From NCBI GenBank assembly GCA_035294465.1, contig DATGKW010000054.1, positions 47,290 through 111,289 on the forward strand: a stretch of 64,000 nt of DNA. The letters run 5' to 3'. The notes beneath the pieces were generated by a model. That model was not told the DNA's origin. It ran no database searches and saw only the letters and a program-made list of their open reading frames with translations. Below are positions 46,979-56,870 of this stretch, in pieces. The translations under genes were made by a program, and so were the position numbers. Position 1 is the stretch's first letter, and every line of letters begins with the position of its first letter. This DNA is from Ktedonobacteraceae bacterium. GTDB taxonomy: Bacteria > Chloroflexota > Ktedonobacteria > Ktedonobacterales > Ktedonobacteraceae.

Positions 46979-48253
46979 ATGAAAAATGAGTTGTCCAGCG
47001 AAAAAAAATGGCTTCTGATAAGTGTATCCTGCGTGGCAGGTCTGTTGATTCTGTTCGCCACGCATCTCCTGTTCCCAGGAGCAGGCGGCAGCAGTTCGCT
47101 CTCCACTGGCAGCTCTCTTGATCCGAACATCGTAGCTCAAAACAGCCAGGATATCTCTTCAACCAGTCCCGGCCTTTTCAACGGCCGCATTCCTTCTCTC
47201 AGCTGGATTGTGGGACGAGACTGCCGTAACGGCGTTCAGGCGTATCTTGAGAGCGCCAGCACCAACCCTGACGCCGCCCTGGTCGGAACCGGCTGGCTTG
47301 ATCCAACCACCGGAAAATTGATCAACGGCCAGAGCAATAATTGTGTGCCCGGCAGCCTGAGCATGGATTCGGTAGTCCGGCTTGTTCACCAGCACGGTGG
47401 GAAGGCTTACCTGACGATTACGATGGAAACCGACGGCTCGGCGACCTCCTGGACTACGGCCCAGCAGACAGCGTATATCGTCAAGGCAACCCGAACTCCA
47501 GGCTATATCGATCCTATTCTCAATGAAGTCCAGCGCGCGGGATACGACGGAGTTATTATGGACCTGGAGGGAACCGATAATTTTTACCCCAACATTCAGC
47601 AGATTTTCGCGACGTATAACCAGCAGGTCTGGCGGGCTGTCCGCTCTCTGCACAAGCTCTATGGGATCGCTCTGATCCATAAGGTGAGCGACGATGACGC
47701 TTACCATTCCCTGAATGGCTTTGAGAACTGGAGCCTGCTGGGAAAAAGTGCCGATTTCCTGGTGGTGATGGCCGTGGATCAATCCTACTGGACCCCCGGT
47801 CCCTGCGTCAGTGTAGCCTGGTTACAGCAGCTTCTCGCTTACGCTCAGCAAACGATGCCACAGATGCTGCCACACATTATCTGGGAACTGCCACTTTACG
47901 GCGATAGCTGGCATCTGTCTAACGGCCAGTGGATTTTCGATGGCATTATTGATTACCAAAGCGCAATGAACCTCATCGACCAGACGAATCTGGCACAGAT
48001 CAACTCAGTGCAGAGCAGCCTCCAGGACCCTTACCAGCCACACCTGATCTATACAGATAGCTCCGGGATTACTCACTCGCTCTGGTTTATGACCGCTCAA
48101 TCTCTGCAAAACATCATGCGCGACTTCCAGCAGACGCTGCGCAAGCAGCCTGGAATGGCTCAAAGTAAGCTTCAGTTCGCCGTCTGGTGGCTGACGACAG
48201 AGGAACCGACAAACTTCTGGCCGAAAGCCGACGCCTTATATCAGGGGCTATGA
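46979..48253 (+). CDS. Membrane-anchored GH18-like glycoside hydrolase (YaaH/chitinase-like)
   Basis: N-terminal TM segment. The motif GYDGVIMDLEG corresponds to the GH18 DGxDxDxE box, with the DxE retained and the middle Asp replaced by Ile. Confidence 0.65.
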   Translation: MKNELSSEKKWLLISVSCVAGLLILFATHLLFPGAGGSSSLSTGSSLDPNIVAQNSQDISSTSPGLFNGRIPSLSWIVGRDCRNGVQAYLESASTNPDAALVGTGWLDPTTGKLINGQSNNCVPGSLSMDSVVRLVHQHGGKAYLTITMETDGSATSWTTAQQTAYIVKATRTPGYIDPILNEVQRAGYDGVIMDLEGTDNFYPNIQQIFATYNQQVWRAVRSLHKLYGIALIHKVSDDDAYHSLNGFENWSLLGKSADFLVVMAVDQSYWTPGPCVSVAWLQQLLAYAQQTMPQMLPHIIWELPLYGDSWHLSNGQWIFDGIIDYQSAMNLIDQTNLAQINSVQSSLQDPYQPHLIYTDSSGITHSLWFMTAQSLQNIMRDFQQTLRKQPGMAQSKLQFAVWWLTTEEPTNFWPKADALYQGL

Positions 48254-48413
48254 CTCATCTGTTATAATAGGAGCCACGATAGCGACTCATCCTGTCTCCG
48301 GCTTTTGATCGCTATTCGTGTAAAAGATACCTGAATGTCATTCCTGGTCAGGGAAAGCTAACCTCTGCCTATTTGTCACGTGTTGGATTTGGATCGGAAA
48401 GAGAAGGCAAGCT

Positions 48414-49037
48414 ATGCAAATCACTATCAAGAGTAAGCAAACAGAAGTTTCCCCGCGACTTCGCACGCACATCGAGCAGAAACTCCGGCGCCTCTCGCGC
48501 CTGGTTGGTGAAGAAGCCATCTTTGAGGTAACCGTGGCGGAAGAGAAAACACGCAGTGCGAAAGACCATTATAGTGTTCGCCTGACATGCGCGAACATTC
48601 GCTATAGTAGCTCCATTTATGCTAACGCTTCGGGCATGAACGTCAAGACTGCACTTGACCTGGTTCTAGACAAAGTGACCTCGCAACTGGAGCGCCAGAA
48701 AAGTCGTCATGCAAGCGCCCATCGTTTGCCCATTTCGCCGGTGAAGGTGCTCGCGCTCTCCCGCTCCGGCAGCGTTTCGAATATAGAGGAAGAAACGCCC
48801 GGCGAAACTGCTGCTTTGAGCTCGGCCGACAATGAAGAGATCTGGTCGCAGATTATGGAAATTCGTCGGGTCGCGACAAAGCCAATGAGCGATCAGGAGG
48901 TCATCGAGCAGATGGCGCGGGAGAATCTTTCCTTTTACCCATTTATTAACCAGGAAACCAATAGCGTGAATGTTATGTATCGCTTGGCCGATGGCGAGGG
49001 TTACGGCCTGCTCGTGCCCGCTATGGAGCAGGTGTAA
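48414..49037 (+). CDS. hpf: Ribosome hibernation promoting factor, long form
   Basis: S30AE/RaiA N-domain (MQITIKSKQTEVSPRLRTHIEQKL) and the C-terminal dimerisation domain (SFYPFINQETNSVNVMYRLADGEGYGLLVP). Confidence 0.9.
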   Translation: MQITIKSKQTEVSPRLRTHIEQKLRRLSRLVGEEAIFEVTVAEEKTRSAKDHYSVRLTCANIRYSSSIYANASGMNVKTALDLVLDKVTSQLERQKSRHASAHRLPISPVKVLALSRSGSVSNIEEETPGETAALSSADNEEIWSQIMEIRRVATKPMSDQEVIEQMARENLSFYPFINQETNSVNVMYRLADGEGYGLLVPAMEQV

Positions 49038-49063
49038 GCATCCATTCTCTACTCCGAAACAGG

Positions 49064-49115
49064 CAAGCGAGGAGGGATGAGCGAACCGTTCGGTTCGCTC
49101 ATCCCTCCTCGCTTG
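49064..49115. terminator. Perfect 24 bp stem / 4 nt loop hairpin between convergent hpf and the zinc-finger gene
   Basis: caagcgaggagggatgagcgaacc-gttc-ggttcgctcatccctcctcgcttg. Confidence 0.7.
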
Positions 49116-49120
49116 AAACA

Positions 49121-49759
49121 CTACGCTGGCAAGCTGATCTCAAAGCGCCAGGGCAGCAGTGGGGGATCGGCGAATTGCCCCAGAGGATCGGCCACGCGCA
49201 CAACCATGGCGCGAACATCGCCGCCAGGCAAAGGACTGAAGCGCGCGCTGCCCTCATAGACGGCCATCGCCGGGTCGTTGGCCAGATCCGGGCGAGCCAG
49301 CAACCTGCCTCCCCGATCTCCCGGCCACTCCATTCCGGTATTATCTTGAATAATAAAGATCAGGCGTGGCACGAAAGCAAAGCCGCCAGGCAAAGGCGGA
49401 CGTATCCAGAGATAATGTAGCTCGAAATGCTGTGAGAAGAGCTGTAACTGGTGCAGCATGAGGGTCATATCCTGCTGCTTCTGCTCCAGTTGAATGACAA
49501 TAGTACGCGCAGGATCGCGGGAAGGTGCTGCCTCGCTTACCCTGGGCAGTTCTTGTGGGGCCGCGATGACTACGGGTGGCCGCGAGGCAAGCTCCAAAGC
49601 TTTGGCTGAAAAAGGCATTGGATCATCCAAAATTTCTTGACAGAGGTGCAGGCAATCCTCACAGATATACGCAGCTCCGGGACCAGCGATCATGCGCTGG
49701 ACCTCAGGTGGGCGGCGTCCGCAGAATGAACAGCGTGCCAGTGATCGGTCAAAACTCAT
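49121..49759 (-). CDS. ClpX-type C4 zinc-finger domain protein with unknown C-terminal domain
   Basis: Start re-set to ATG 49759. CSFCGRRPPEVQRMIAGPGAAYICEDCLHLC matches the ClpX N-terminal zinc-binding domain. No AAA+ module follows. Confidence 0.7.
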   Translation of the reverse strand: MSFDRSLARCSFCGRRPPEVQRMIAGPGAAYICEDCLHLCQEILDDPMPFSAKALELASRPPVVIAAPQELPRVSEAAPSRDPARTIVIQLEQKQQDMTLMLHQLQLFSQHFELHYLWIRPPLPGGFAFVPRLIFIIQDNTGMEWPGDRGGRLLARPDLANDPAMAVYEGSARFSPLPGGDVRAMVVRVADPLGQFADPPLLPWRFEISLPA

Positions 49760-49862
49760 GGAAACCCCTCGTGGTCTAGAAGGCCTGATGCCCTTCTCTC
49801 TGCCGTACACGTTTTCTTTCCTGACATACAGGATGAACACCTGCATGCCTGCCCGGTTGCAT

Positions 49863-50825
49863 TCACGCTTGCCGGGCCCGTAGTACAGCGGCGGCCGCAC
49901 TATGGAGTCCCAGACGCTCCAGGATAGCGCTATGCGCCTCCCATTCTAATGAGTCATCCAGGGACGCTAGTTTCACTAAAGGATCAATGGTTACTCCTGG
50001 CATTTCTACATCCCCCGTCACGACCATTCCTTCCCATTCCCCCGACGAAGATAGCGAATTGCCATTTTGCGCCTCTTCGTATGGTTTTGTTCCATTCAGT
50101 ATTTCCCACCTTTCGCGCCGATTCAGGCCGTAACTCCGTTTGAGAGCCAGCTCGATCAGATGATCGGCGAAATGGGGGTTCTTGGGCAGCAGTGAGCCAT
50201 GCAGATAGGTACCAAAGGCATTACGATAGATGGCACCCTCGGTGCCATCCTGAGCATTGTTCCCATAGCCTTTGAGCACTTTGCCCAGCGGTTTAGCCGT
50301 ACCCAGATAGGTCTGCCCACCGTGATTTTCAAAGCCTACCAGCGTCTGCCCGTTCCAGCTCAGAGCGATATCGCCTATACAACGCGGCGCGCGCGCTCCC
50401 CGGTGGATAGTCCAGGCGTCAAAGACACCCAACCCCTTCAGATCGGGACCATTGGCGGGGCGATAGTAATGCGCCAGTAATTGATAGCCTCCGCATACCG
50501 CCAGGACGGGCATATCGTCTTCGATAGCTGCCCACATACCAATGCTTTTCATCTCGTAAAGATCTTGCGCGACCGGCGCCTGGTCTCTATCCTGCCCGCC
50601 GCCGATAAACAGCATATCGTAAGCATCCGGATCAAGAGCATCGCCTATACCAAGCTCGACCACGCGCAAGCCAATACCTCGCCAGAGACAACGTTGCTGC
50701 AAGGTGAGGATGTTGCCACGATCACCATAGAGATTCATCTGGTCGGGATACAGGTGCCCAAGCGTCAGGGTAATCTGCGGGATTACTCGTTCGGACATCA
50801 CGGGCACTTTTTTCTGTTCGCTCAT
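49863..50825 (-). CDS. gatD: Lipid II isoglutaminyl synthase glutaminase subunit GatD (CobQ-type GATase), C-terminally extended
   Basis: LYPDQMNLYGDRGN, catalytic AVCGGYQLL and TYLHGSLLPKNP. It shows a 4 nt ATGA overlap with murT. Confidence 0.85.
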   Translation of the reverse strand: MSEQKKVPVMSERVIPQITLTLGHLYPDQMNLYGDRGNILTLQQRCLWRGIGLRVVELGIGDALDPDAYDMLFIGGGQDRDQAPVAQDLYEMKSIGMWAAIEDDMPVLAVCGGYQLLAHYYRPANGPDLKGLGVFDAWTIHRGARAPRCIGDIALSWNGQTLVGFENHGGQTYLGTAKPLGKVLKGYGNNAQDGTEGAIYRNAFGTYLHGSLLPKNPHFADHLIELALKRSYGLNRRERWEILNGTKPYEEAQNGNSLSSSGEWEGMVVTGDVEMPGVTIDPLVKLASLDDSLEWEAHSAILERLGLHSAAAAVLRARQA

Positions 50826-52678
50826 GGACCAGCTTCCTTCCAGTAATGCGGGGTCAATCCACGTCGCTCCAGCTCGCGGTGAATCTCCAATAAACCGGTA
50901 TACGTTGGAACAATAAACAAGGTTTCGCCTTCTGGAGTCCGGCCAAGCGCCTTATCCAGAGCCTGGGCTATGCCATAAGTACCGTCCAAAGCTCCCACCG
51001 GAAGAGCCGCCTGGAACGCTTCTGTCAGACCATGCTCTTCCGAGGAAGCCGCCTCCGCACGCCGCGCCTTGCCGTTTCTCTGCCGCCCTCGCCCTGCACG
51101 CTGCTTTTTCGTCGAAACACGCACTTCTTTACGCGCGGCTCGCAAAGGAGCCGGCGGTGCGATTAGCATATCTCGCGGGTCCACGCCAGCGTATTTCAGC
51201 CGCAAGGCCAGATCGCGCGCGCGCGTTCCCGCGACGGTGAGCGTGGCAAAACCCGGCAAGGCTCGCTCAAAATCCACATCCCAGATCCAGGAGATATCCT
51301 TCCCGTCAGCGATGTTATCATTTAAAACGAAAAAGACATGCCTCTTGTTTCCATCCGCAAAGAGTGTGCGCAAAACCTCGTTGAAACCGGTAGGATTCTT
51401 TGCCAGCAGCATACGCACGATACGCCCCTTTATTTGAACCCGCTCACCGCGCCCAAAAGCCGGCTTGAATTGTTCAATGCCGGAGGTTATGGGATCCCAG
51501 GCAATCCCTAGCGCCTGGGCTGTGGCAATAGCAGCCAGTGCATTATAGACATTATACAAACCCGGTAGAGGCACAACTATCTCGCCCTGCTGTTCGAGCA
51601 ACTCGACCTGGATGCGCAGCCGATCAAAGCTATCGCCCTTCACCTTGCCGGCAACTACATCGACTGGCGGCCTGCCCTGCCCGCAACCTGGACAGGTATA
51701 GTGCCCAAGATGGCTGTAGAAACGCAGCGTATAGCTATATTCGCTCCCACAATGGGGGCAGACTCGCGTATCCATCACTTGATGGCGCTCGTTTGCACCC
51801 TCCTGGCGGGCCAGATCCAGCTCGTGGTCTCCGATGCCAAAATACACTACGCGCCCCGAGAAGTATCGACCCAGATCAGCAATCGTTGGGTCATCGGCGT
51901 TCAGTACGAGAATCGTTTCTTGAGGAAGAGCGCTCACTGCCAGCCGCCAGCGCTCCAGGACGCTATCAACTTCTCCATATCGGTCAAGCTGATCACGGAA
52001 GAGGTTGGTGAAGACGGCCACACGTGTCGGGATCGCCTGCACCGCTTGCGGCATGACAGCCTCGTCTACCTCAAAAATCGAGATGGCCTGTCCTGCCCGG
52101 CGCAAGCGACCGTTTGGCCGCGTGCGAATGACCAATGCACCGGCAATCCCTCGCATGAGATTCGAACCTTCCCGGTTACGCCAGACACGCAGCCCTGCGT
52201 CGCTGAGGATGGCAGCGATAAAGCCGCTGGTGGTTGTTTTGCCGTTGGTACCTGTGACCAGAATACATCCTTGCTGGAGCTGGGTTGAGAGGTGTTGGAC
52301 GATATCGGGATAGAGACGCTGAGCGATAACCCCGGCGATACTGGTCCCTCCACCCAGGTGAAGACGGCGGCTCAGAGCGCCCGCCGCACGCCCGCCAATC
52401 ACTGCCAACCCGGCCCGTAACGTCTCTCTCGAACGCCTCCTGGACCGCTGCCGTGAAACCTTCTCCGCTCGCTTCCTCACGCTAACGTGTTCGGGAAATG
52501 GCAACGGACGCGACTCAGAGTAGGAAACCGTCGCCTGTGTCTCGTCGCCAGGACTATGCGCTGCTTGCGCCCCTTCAGGCTCACTCGTCTCGATTGCTGG
52601 CGCTGCTGTATGTTTGTTCACGCGTGTTTTTCTACGCGTGGCTCTCTGTTCTGGACGAGATAGCTGGTCCTCTTGCAT
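50822..52678 (-). CDS. murT: Lipid II isoglutaminyl synthase ligase subunit MurT (Mur-ligase fold plus DUF1727), with Arg/Ser-rich N-terminal extension
   Basis: P-loop VTGTNGKTTT, the MurT-specific zinc ribbon CPHCGSEY...CPGCG, and the C-terminal DISWIWDVDFE. The true start may be internal. Confidence 0.85.
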   Translation of the reverse strand: MQEDQLSRPEQRATRRKTRVNKHTAAPAIETSEPEGAQAAHSPGDETQATVSYSESRPLPFPEHVSVRKRAEKVSRQRSRRRSRETLRAGLAVIGGRAAGALSRRLHLGGGTSIAGVIAQRLYPDIVQHLSTQLQQGCILVTGTNGKTTTSGFIAAILSDAGLRVWRNREGSNLMRGIAGALVIRTRPNGRLRRAGQAISIFEVDEAVMPQAVQAIPTRVAVFTNLFRDQLDRYGEVDSVLERWRLAVSALPQETILVLNADDPTIADLGRYFSGRVVYFGIGDHELDLARQEGANERHQVMDTRVCPHCGSEYSYTLRFYSHLGHYTCPGCGQGRPPVDVVAGKVKGDSFDRLRIQVELLEQQGEIVVPLPGLYNVYNALAAIATAQALGIAWDPITSGIEQFKPAFGRGERVQIKGRIVRMLLAKNPTGFNEVLRTLFADGNKRHVFFVLNDNIADGKDISWIWDVDFERALPGFATLTVAGTRARDLALRLKYAGVDPRDMLIAPPAPLRAARKEVRVSTKKQRAGRGRQRNGKARRAEAASSEEHGLTEAFQAALPVGALDGTYGIAQALDKALGRTPEGETLFIVPTYTGLLEIHRELERRGLTPHYWKEAGP

Positions 52679-53064
52679 GCTGTTTCCTCCCTACCAGCGT
52701 CTGTCAAACGCTAGCAACCGCCGGGAACGGTTGATCATACCCTCCCCCTTTTTCTCTGACTCCTCCGCGAACAGCCCCTTTCCGCGCATCCGCATCGATG
52801 TTCCCGTGCGGCTACACTCAACGGCCCTTCAAAAAGACAAAGCCGGGTCTCTTCTTGCAGCATAGCATGCAGGCACAAGCGAGGTCAAGATTACCAGAAA
52901 AGAAGAGGCAAGAGATTTCGGGAATAAAATGCATCCCTCTACCACTTGTCAAGATATGCTATTCTATTGCGAGAGGTGAAGCGTGCTTGTCTTTCCGGCG
53001 AGGCCGGGGAGGATCAGTGATATGCCCACCGGGGCCTCGCTCATGAAAAATCAGGTATAGGTGT

Positions 53065-55512
53065 ATGGCAAAAAAGCTGGTTATTGTAGAGTCGCCTGCA
53101 AAGGCCAAGACCATTGAGAAATTTCTAGGGCGCGACTTTGAGGTTCGCGCTTCTATGGGACATATTATCGATTTGCCCAAAAAGGGCCTGGGAGTGAATA
53201 CTCGCAAGAATTTTGCGCCGCAGTACGAGATTATTGAGAAGAAAGATAAACTGATCGATGATCTAAAAGCGGCCTCCCGCCGTGCCGACGAGGTGTATCT
53301 GGCGCCCGACCCCGACCGTGAGGGCGAATTCATCGCCTGGTCTCTCAAGGAGACGCTCGGCCTGAAAAACCCTCGTCGCGCCGTCTTTAATGAGATCACA
53401 AAAAGCGCAGTCCAGCAGGCAATTAGCAAGCCCCGCGAGATCAACGAAGATCTTTTTAACGCGCAGCAGGCACGCCGCGTGCTCGACCGCCTGGTTGGTT
53501 ATAAGATCAGCCCGCTTCTCTGGCGGCGTATTCAATCCGGCACGAGCGCCGGGCGCGTCCAATCGGTCGCCCTGCGCCTGATCTGTGACCGCGAAGCCGA
53601 GATTCGCGCCTTTATTCCCGAAGAATACTGGAGCATCAGCGCCTTGCTCAGCCAGCACGGCTCCCAGGAACGCTTCGAAGCAATGCTGATCTCGCGTGTC
53701 AAAGATATTGCCCTGGTGAACAGCGACGAAAGTACCATTGCATCTGAAGAAGGGGAGGATACCTCAGCGAGTGTAAAGGCAGGCGCGCAAAATGGCACTG
53801 TCAGTAATGCCGGGAGTGGAAACGGCGCGCAAAAAGCGCAAAATGGCAAAGGCCGCATCAAAATCTCTTCGCAAGCAGAGGCAGAAGCGATCCTGGCCGA
53901 TTTGAAGGACGCAACTTATACAGTACTCAAGGTTGAGGAGAAGGAGCAGCGCCGCCAACCCTATCCGCCCTACACCACCAGCACGCTCCAGCAAGATGCT
54001 TCGGCTCGCCTCTACTTCAAGCCAAAGAAGACCATGAGCATCGCGCAGCAGCTCTACGAGGGTCTGGAGCTGGGCGAGCGCGGCCACCAGGGCTTGATCA
54101 CGTATATGCGTACCGACTCGACCCGCATCTCAGACGAGGCCCAGGCCCATGTCAAAGCCTACATCGGGGCAGAGTTTGGCGCGGGCTACGTTGGCGCGGG
54201 GCGCACGGGCAAAGCCAGAGCCACCACGCAGGATGCCCACGAGGCCATTCGTCCAACTGATGTCACCCTGACGCCGCAGGCGGTCAAATCGCACCTCTCC
54301 GCCGATCAGTTCAAGCTCTATAACCTGATCTGGCGGCGCTTTGTCGCCAGTTTTATGGCTCCCGCCGTCTTTGATACCGTGCGCGTGGATATCGTGGCAG
54401 CTCAATATGTCTTTCGCGCGAGCGGTTCGCATCTCAAGTTCCCCGGCTTCTATGCTGTCTGGCCACGCGAAGAGGACGAGCGCAACCTGCCACGCTTGCG
54501 AGCCGATGAGGTACTGGATCTGCACGAACTCAAACCAGAACAGCACTTTACCCAGCCGCCCCCGCGCTATACCGAGGCCAGCCTGATTAAAGAACTGGAA
54601 GAACAGGGCATCGGTCGCCCTAGCACGTATGTACCCATTATCAGTACGATCCAGGATCGAGGCTATGTAGATCAGGAGCAGCGGCGCTTTGTGGCAACCT
54701 GGCTGGGCGAGACGGTCAATGAAGTGATGAACAAGCACTTCCCGGAGATCGTTGATACCGGTTTTACCGCCGAAATGGAACGCAAACTCGATGAAGTCGA
54801 GGAGGGCCGCCAATCCTGGACCGAGTTTTTGAGCGGCTTCTATGACAACTTCAAGCTTGTGATGAAGAAGGCCGAGGCCGAGATGGATCGGGTGCAAAAG
54901 CCGGTTGAAGAGCTTGACGAGACGTGCCCAGAGTGCGGGCGTCCTCTGGTGATTCGCACAGGCCGGTTTGGGCGGTTCATCTCCTGCTCTGGCTTCCCTG
55001 AATGTAGCTATCGTCGCTCGGTAGTAAACAAGACCGGAGCGCTCTGCCCCATTTGCGGCGGCGACCTGGTTGAGCGCAAGACACGCCAGAAGAAACGCAT
55101 CTTCTACGGATGCAATAACTATCCAACTTGCAATTTCGCCATCTGGGAAAAGCCCGTGCCTGATCTTTGCCCCAGGTGTAACGGCCTGATGGTTGTGTCG
55201 AAGCCCGGCCAGGACCCCGTCTGCTATCAAGAAGTGATTGTGCCGCAACGCGGTAGCGAGGAGCAGCCCCATCAAAATGGCACCACAGCTACACGCCGGA
55301 CCTCTACGCGTAGCAGGAAAGCCGCGACAGAAGCGACTAGCAACCTCAATGGCACAAAGAGAGCGACGAAAGAGCCTGCGACGAGAAAAGCTCCCTCTGC
55401 ACGCACGACGGCAACGGCATCAGGCGCAAAAAAGAAGGCAACCACAGCAAAGAGAACTGCGGCAAGCGCGGCAAAGAAGCCGGCTACTCGCTCACTGGCG
55501 GGCGAGGCTTAA
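53065..55512 (+). CDS. topA: DNA topoisomerase I
   Basis: Toprim domain LVIVESPAKAKTIEKFLG, active-site region GLITYMRTDS, three CxxC...CxxC zinc ribbons, and a Lys/Ala/Thr-rich basic tail. Confidence 0.97.
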   Translation: MAKKLVIVESPAKAKTIEKFLGRDFEVRASMGHIIDLPKKGLGVNTRKNFAPQYEIIEKKDKLIDDLKAASRRADEVYLAPDPDREGEFIAWSLKETLGLKNPRRAVFNEITKSAVQQAISKPREINEDLFNAQQARRVLDRLVGYKISPLLWRRIQSGTSAGRVQSVALRLICDREAEIRAFIPEEYWSISALLSQHGSQERFEAMLISRVKDIALVNSDESTIASEEGEDTSASVKAGAQNGTVSNAGSGNGAQKAQNGKGRIKISSQAEAEAILADLKDATYTVLKVEEKEQRRQPYPPYTTSTLQQDASARLYFKPKKTMSIAQQLYEGLELGERGHQGLITYMRTDSTRISDEAQAHVKAYIGAEFGAGYVGAGRTGKARATTQDAHEAIRPTDVTLTPQAVKSHLSADQFKLYNLIWRRFVASFMAPAVFDTVRVDIVAAQYVFRASGSHLKFPGFYAVWPREEDERNLPRLRADEVLDLHELKPEQHFTQPPPRYTEASLIKELEEQGIGRPSTYVPIISTIQDRGYVDQEQRRFVATWLGETVNEVMNKHFPEIVDTGFTAEMERKLDEVEEGRQSWTEFLSGFYDNFKLVMKKAEAEMDRVQKPVEELDETCPECGRPLVIRTGRFGRFISCSGFPECSYRRSVVNKTGALCPICGGDLVERKTRQKKRIFYGCNNYPTCNFAIWEKPVPDLCPRCNGLMVVSKPGQDPVCYQEVIVPQRGSEEQPHQNGTTATRRTSTRSRKAATEATSNLNGTKRATKEPATRKAPSARTTATASGAKKKATTAKRTAASAAKKPATRSLAGEA

Positions 55513-55769
55513 ATATGTGTTTATTATAACATCACAAGATACCTCGCCCATGTGATTAGAGAGCGTCCTGCCTGTGTTATAATCAGGAGTGTTCACTGTG
55601 TTTCACGAAAAAGTTCTAATCGCTCTTCTGATCCGAGTGAGCTTATAAAGAACGCTGCTCTGCGTGTCTTCGTCCGATTTTGCAAAACAGCTTGACGCTG
55701 TTGCTCTCGCAGAAGTCAGACAGGAAAGAGATGTTTGCTCGCGCGGTAGTAAGGATCTTGGAGGATTTC

Positions 55770-56858
55770 ATGGCGCACACAGTCACGCTCATTTCCGGCG
55801 ATGGGACAGGCCCGGAGATTACAGAAGCGACTCGGCGCGTGCTCGAAGCTACAGGTGTGGAGTTTATCTGGGATGTGCAGCCAGCAGGCGCGGAGACACT
55901 GGAAAAGTGCGGAACCATTCTGCCTGATAAGGTAATTGAATCGATTAAGCGTACCGGCGTCGCTCTAAAAGGCCCGATCACCACGCCTGTAGGGAAAGGT
56001 GTGCGCAGCGCGAATGTGGCCCTACGAAAAAAGCTTGACCTCTACGCCAATGTTCGCCTCGCGAAAACGTACCAGGGTTTGCGCTCCCGCTACGAACACA
56101 TCGATATGGTCATTGTGCGCGAAAATACCGAAGATCTCTATGCAGGTGTGGAATTTCAGCGCGGCACTCCTGAACAGGGAGAAATACTTGAGGCAATTGC
56201 CCGCACAACAGGGGTACGTCTGGATCAGGACTCGGCTATCAGCATCAAGTACATTTCGGTGGCAGCCAGCAGGCGCATCGTGAAATTCGCTTTTGACTAC
56301 GCACGGTCCAACGGACGCCATAAGGTAACTGCGGTTCATAAAGCTAATATTATGAAATGCTCTGATGGACTCTTCCTTGCCACTGCGCACGAAGTAGCGA
56401 AAGAGTATGCCGATATCCAATTTGAAGATCGCATCGTTGATAACATGTGTATGCAGCTGGTGCAAAAACCCGAACTTTACGATGTGCTGGTGCTGCCCAA
56501 TCTGTATGGGGACATCATTTCCGACCTCTCAGCGGGCCTAATTGGGGGATTGGGAGTGGCTCCAGGCGCGAATATCGGTAACGAGCACGCTATTTTTGAA
56601 CCCGTTCACGGCAGCGCTCCCAAATATGCCGGCCTCAACAAAGTAAACCCCATGGCCATGATGTTCTCAGGCGTCATGATGCTGCGTCACCTGGGCGAGC
56701 GCGAAGCTGCCAATCGTCTCGAACGAGCGCTCGCCAAAGTCATCGCCGAGGGCAAGTCTGTCACCTACGACCTGAAGCCTCGCCCCGATGATCCGAGCGC
56801 CGTTGGCACTTCTCAGGTTGCCGACGCCGTTATTGAAAAAATGCAGCAGATGTCATAG
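55770..56858 (+). CDS. icd: NAD-type isocitrate dehydrogenase (isocitrate/isopropylmalate dehydrogenase family)
   Basis: Start re-set to ATG 55770 after [27 protein letters not shown]...[12 protein letters not shown] and [11 protein letters not shown] resemble IDH3/NAD-IDH. Homoisocitrate specificity is not excluded. Confidence 0.8.
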   Translation: MAHTVTLISGDGTGPEITEATRRVLEATGVEFIWDVQPAGAETLEKCGTILPDKVIESIKRTGVALKGPITTPVGKGVRSANVALRKKLDLYANVRLAKTYQGLRSRYEHIDMVIVRENTEDLYAGVEFQRGTPEQGEILEAIARTTGVRLDQDSAISIKYISVAASRRIVKFAFDYARSNGRHKVTAVHKANIMKCSDGLFLATAHEVAKEYADIQFEDRIVDNMCMQLVQKPELYDVLVLPNLYGDIISDLSAGLIGGLGVAPGANIGNEHAIFEPVHGSAPKYAGLNKVNPMAMMFSGVMMLRHLGEREAANRLERALAKVIAEGKSVTYDLKPRPDDPSAVGTSQVADAVIEKMQQMS

Positions 56859-56870
56859 AAGTGGTTCAAG

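Noticed and set aside
55575-55652. An extended -10 (TGtTATAAT) followed by a possible 16-codon Ile/Leu/Val-rich mini-ORF upstream of icd, considered as a leader-peptide attenuator.
   Set aside because: The downstream gene looks like NAD-IDH and not a branched-chain biosynthesis gene. No terminator/antiterminator pair is evident, and the mini-ORF has a GTG start with marginal SD spacing.
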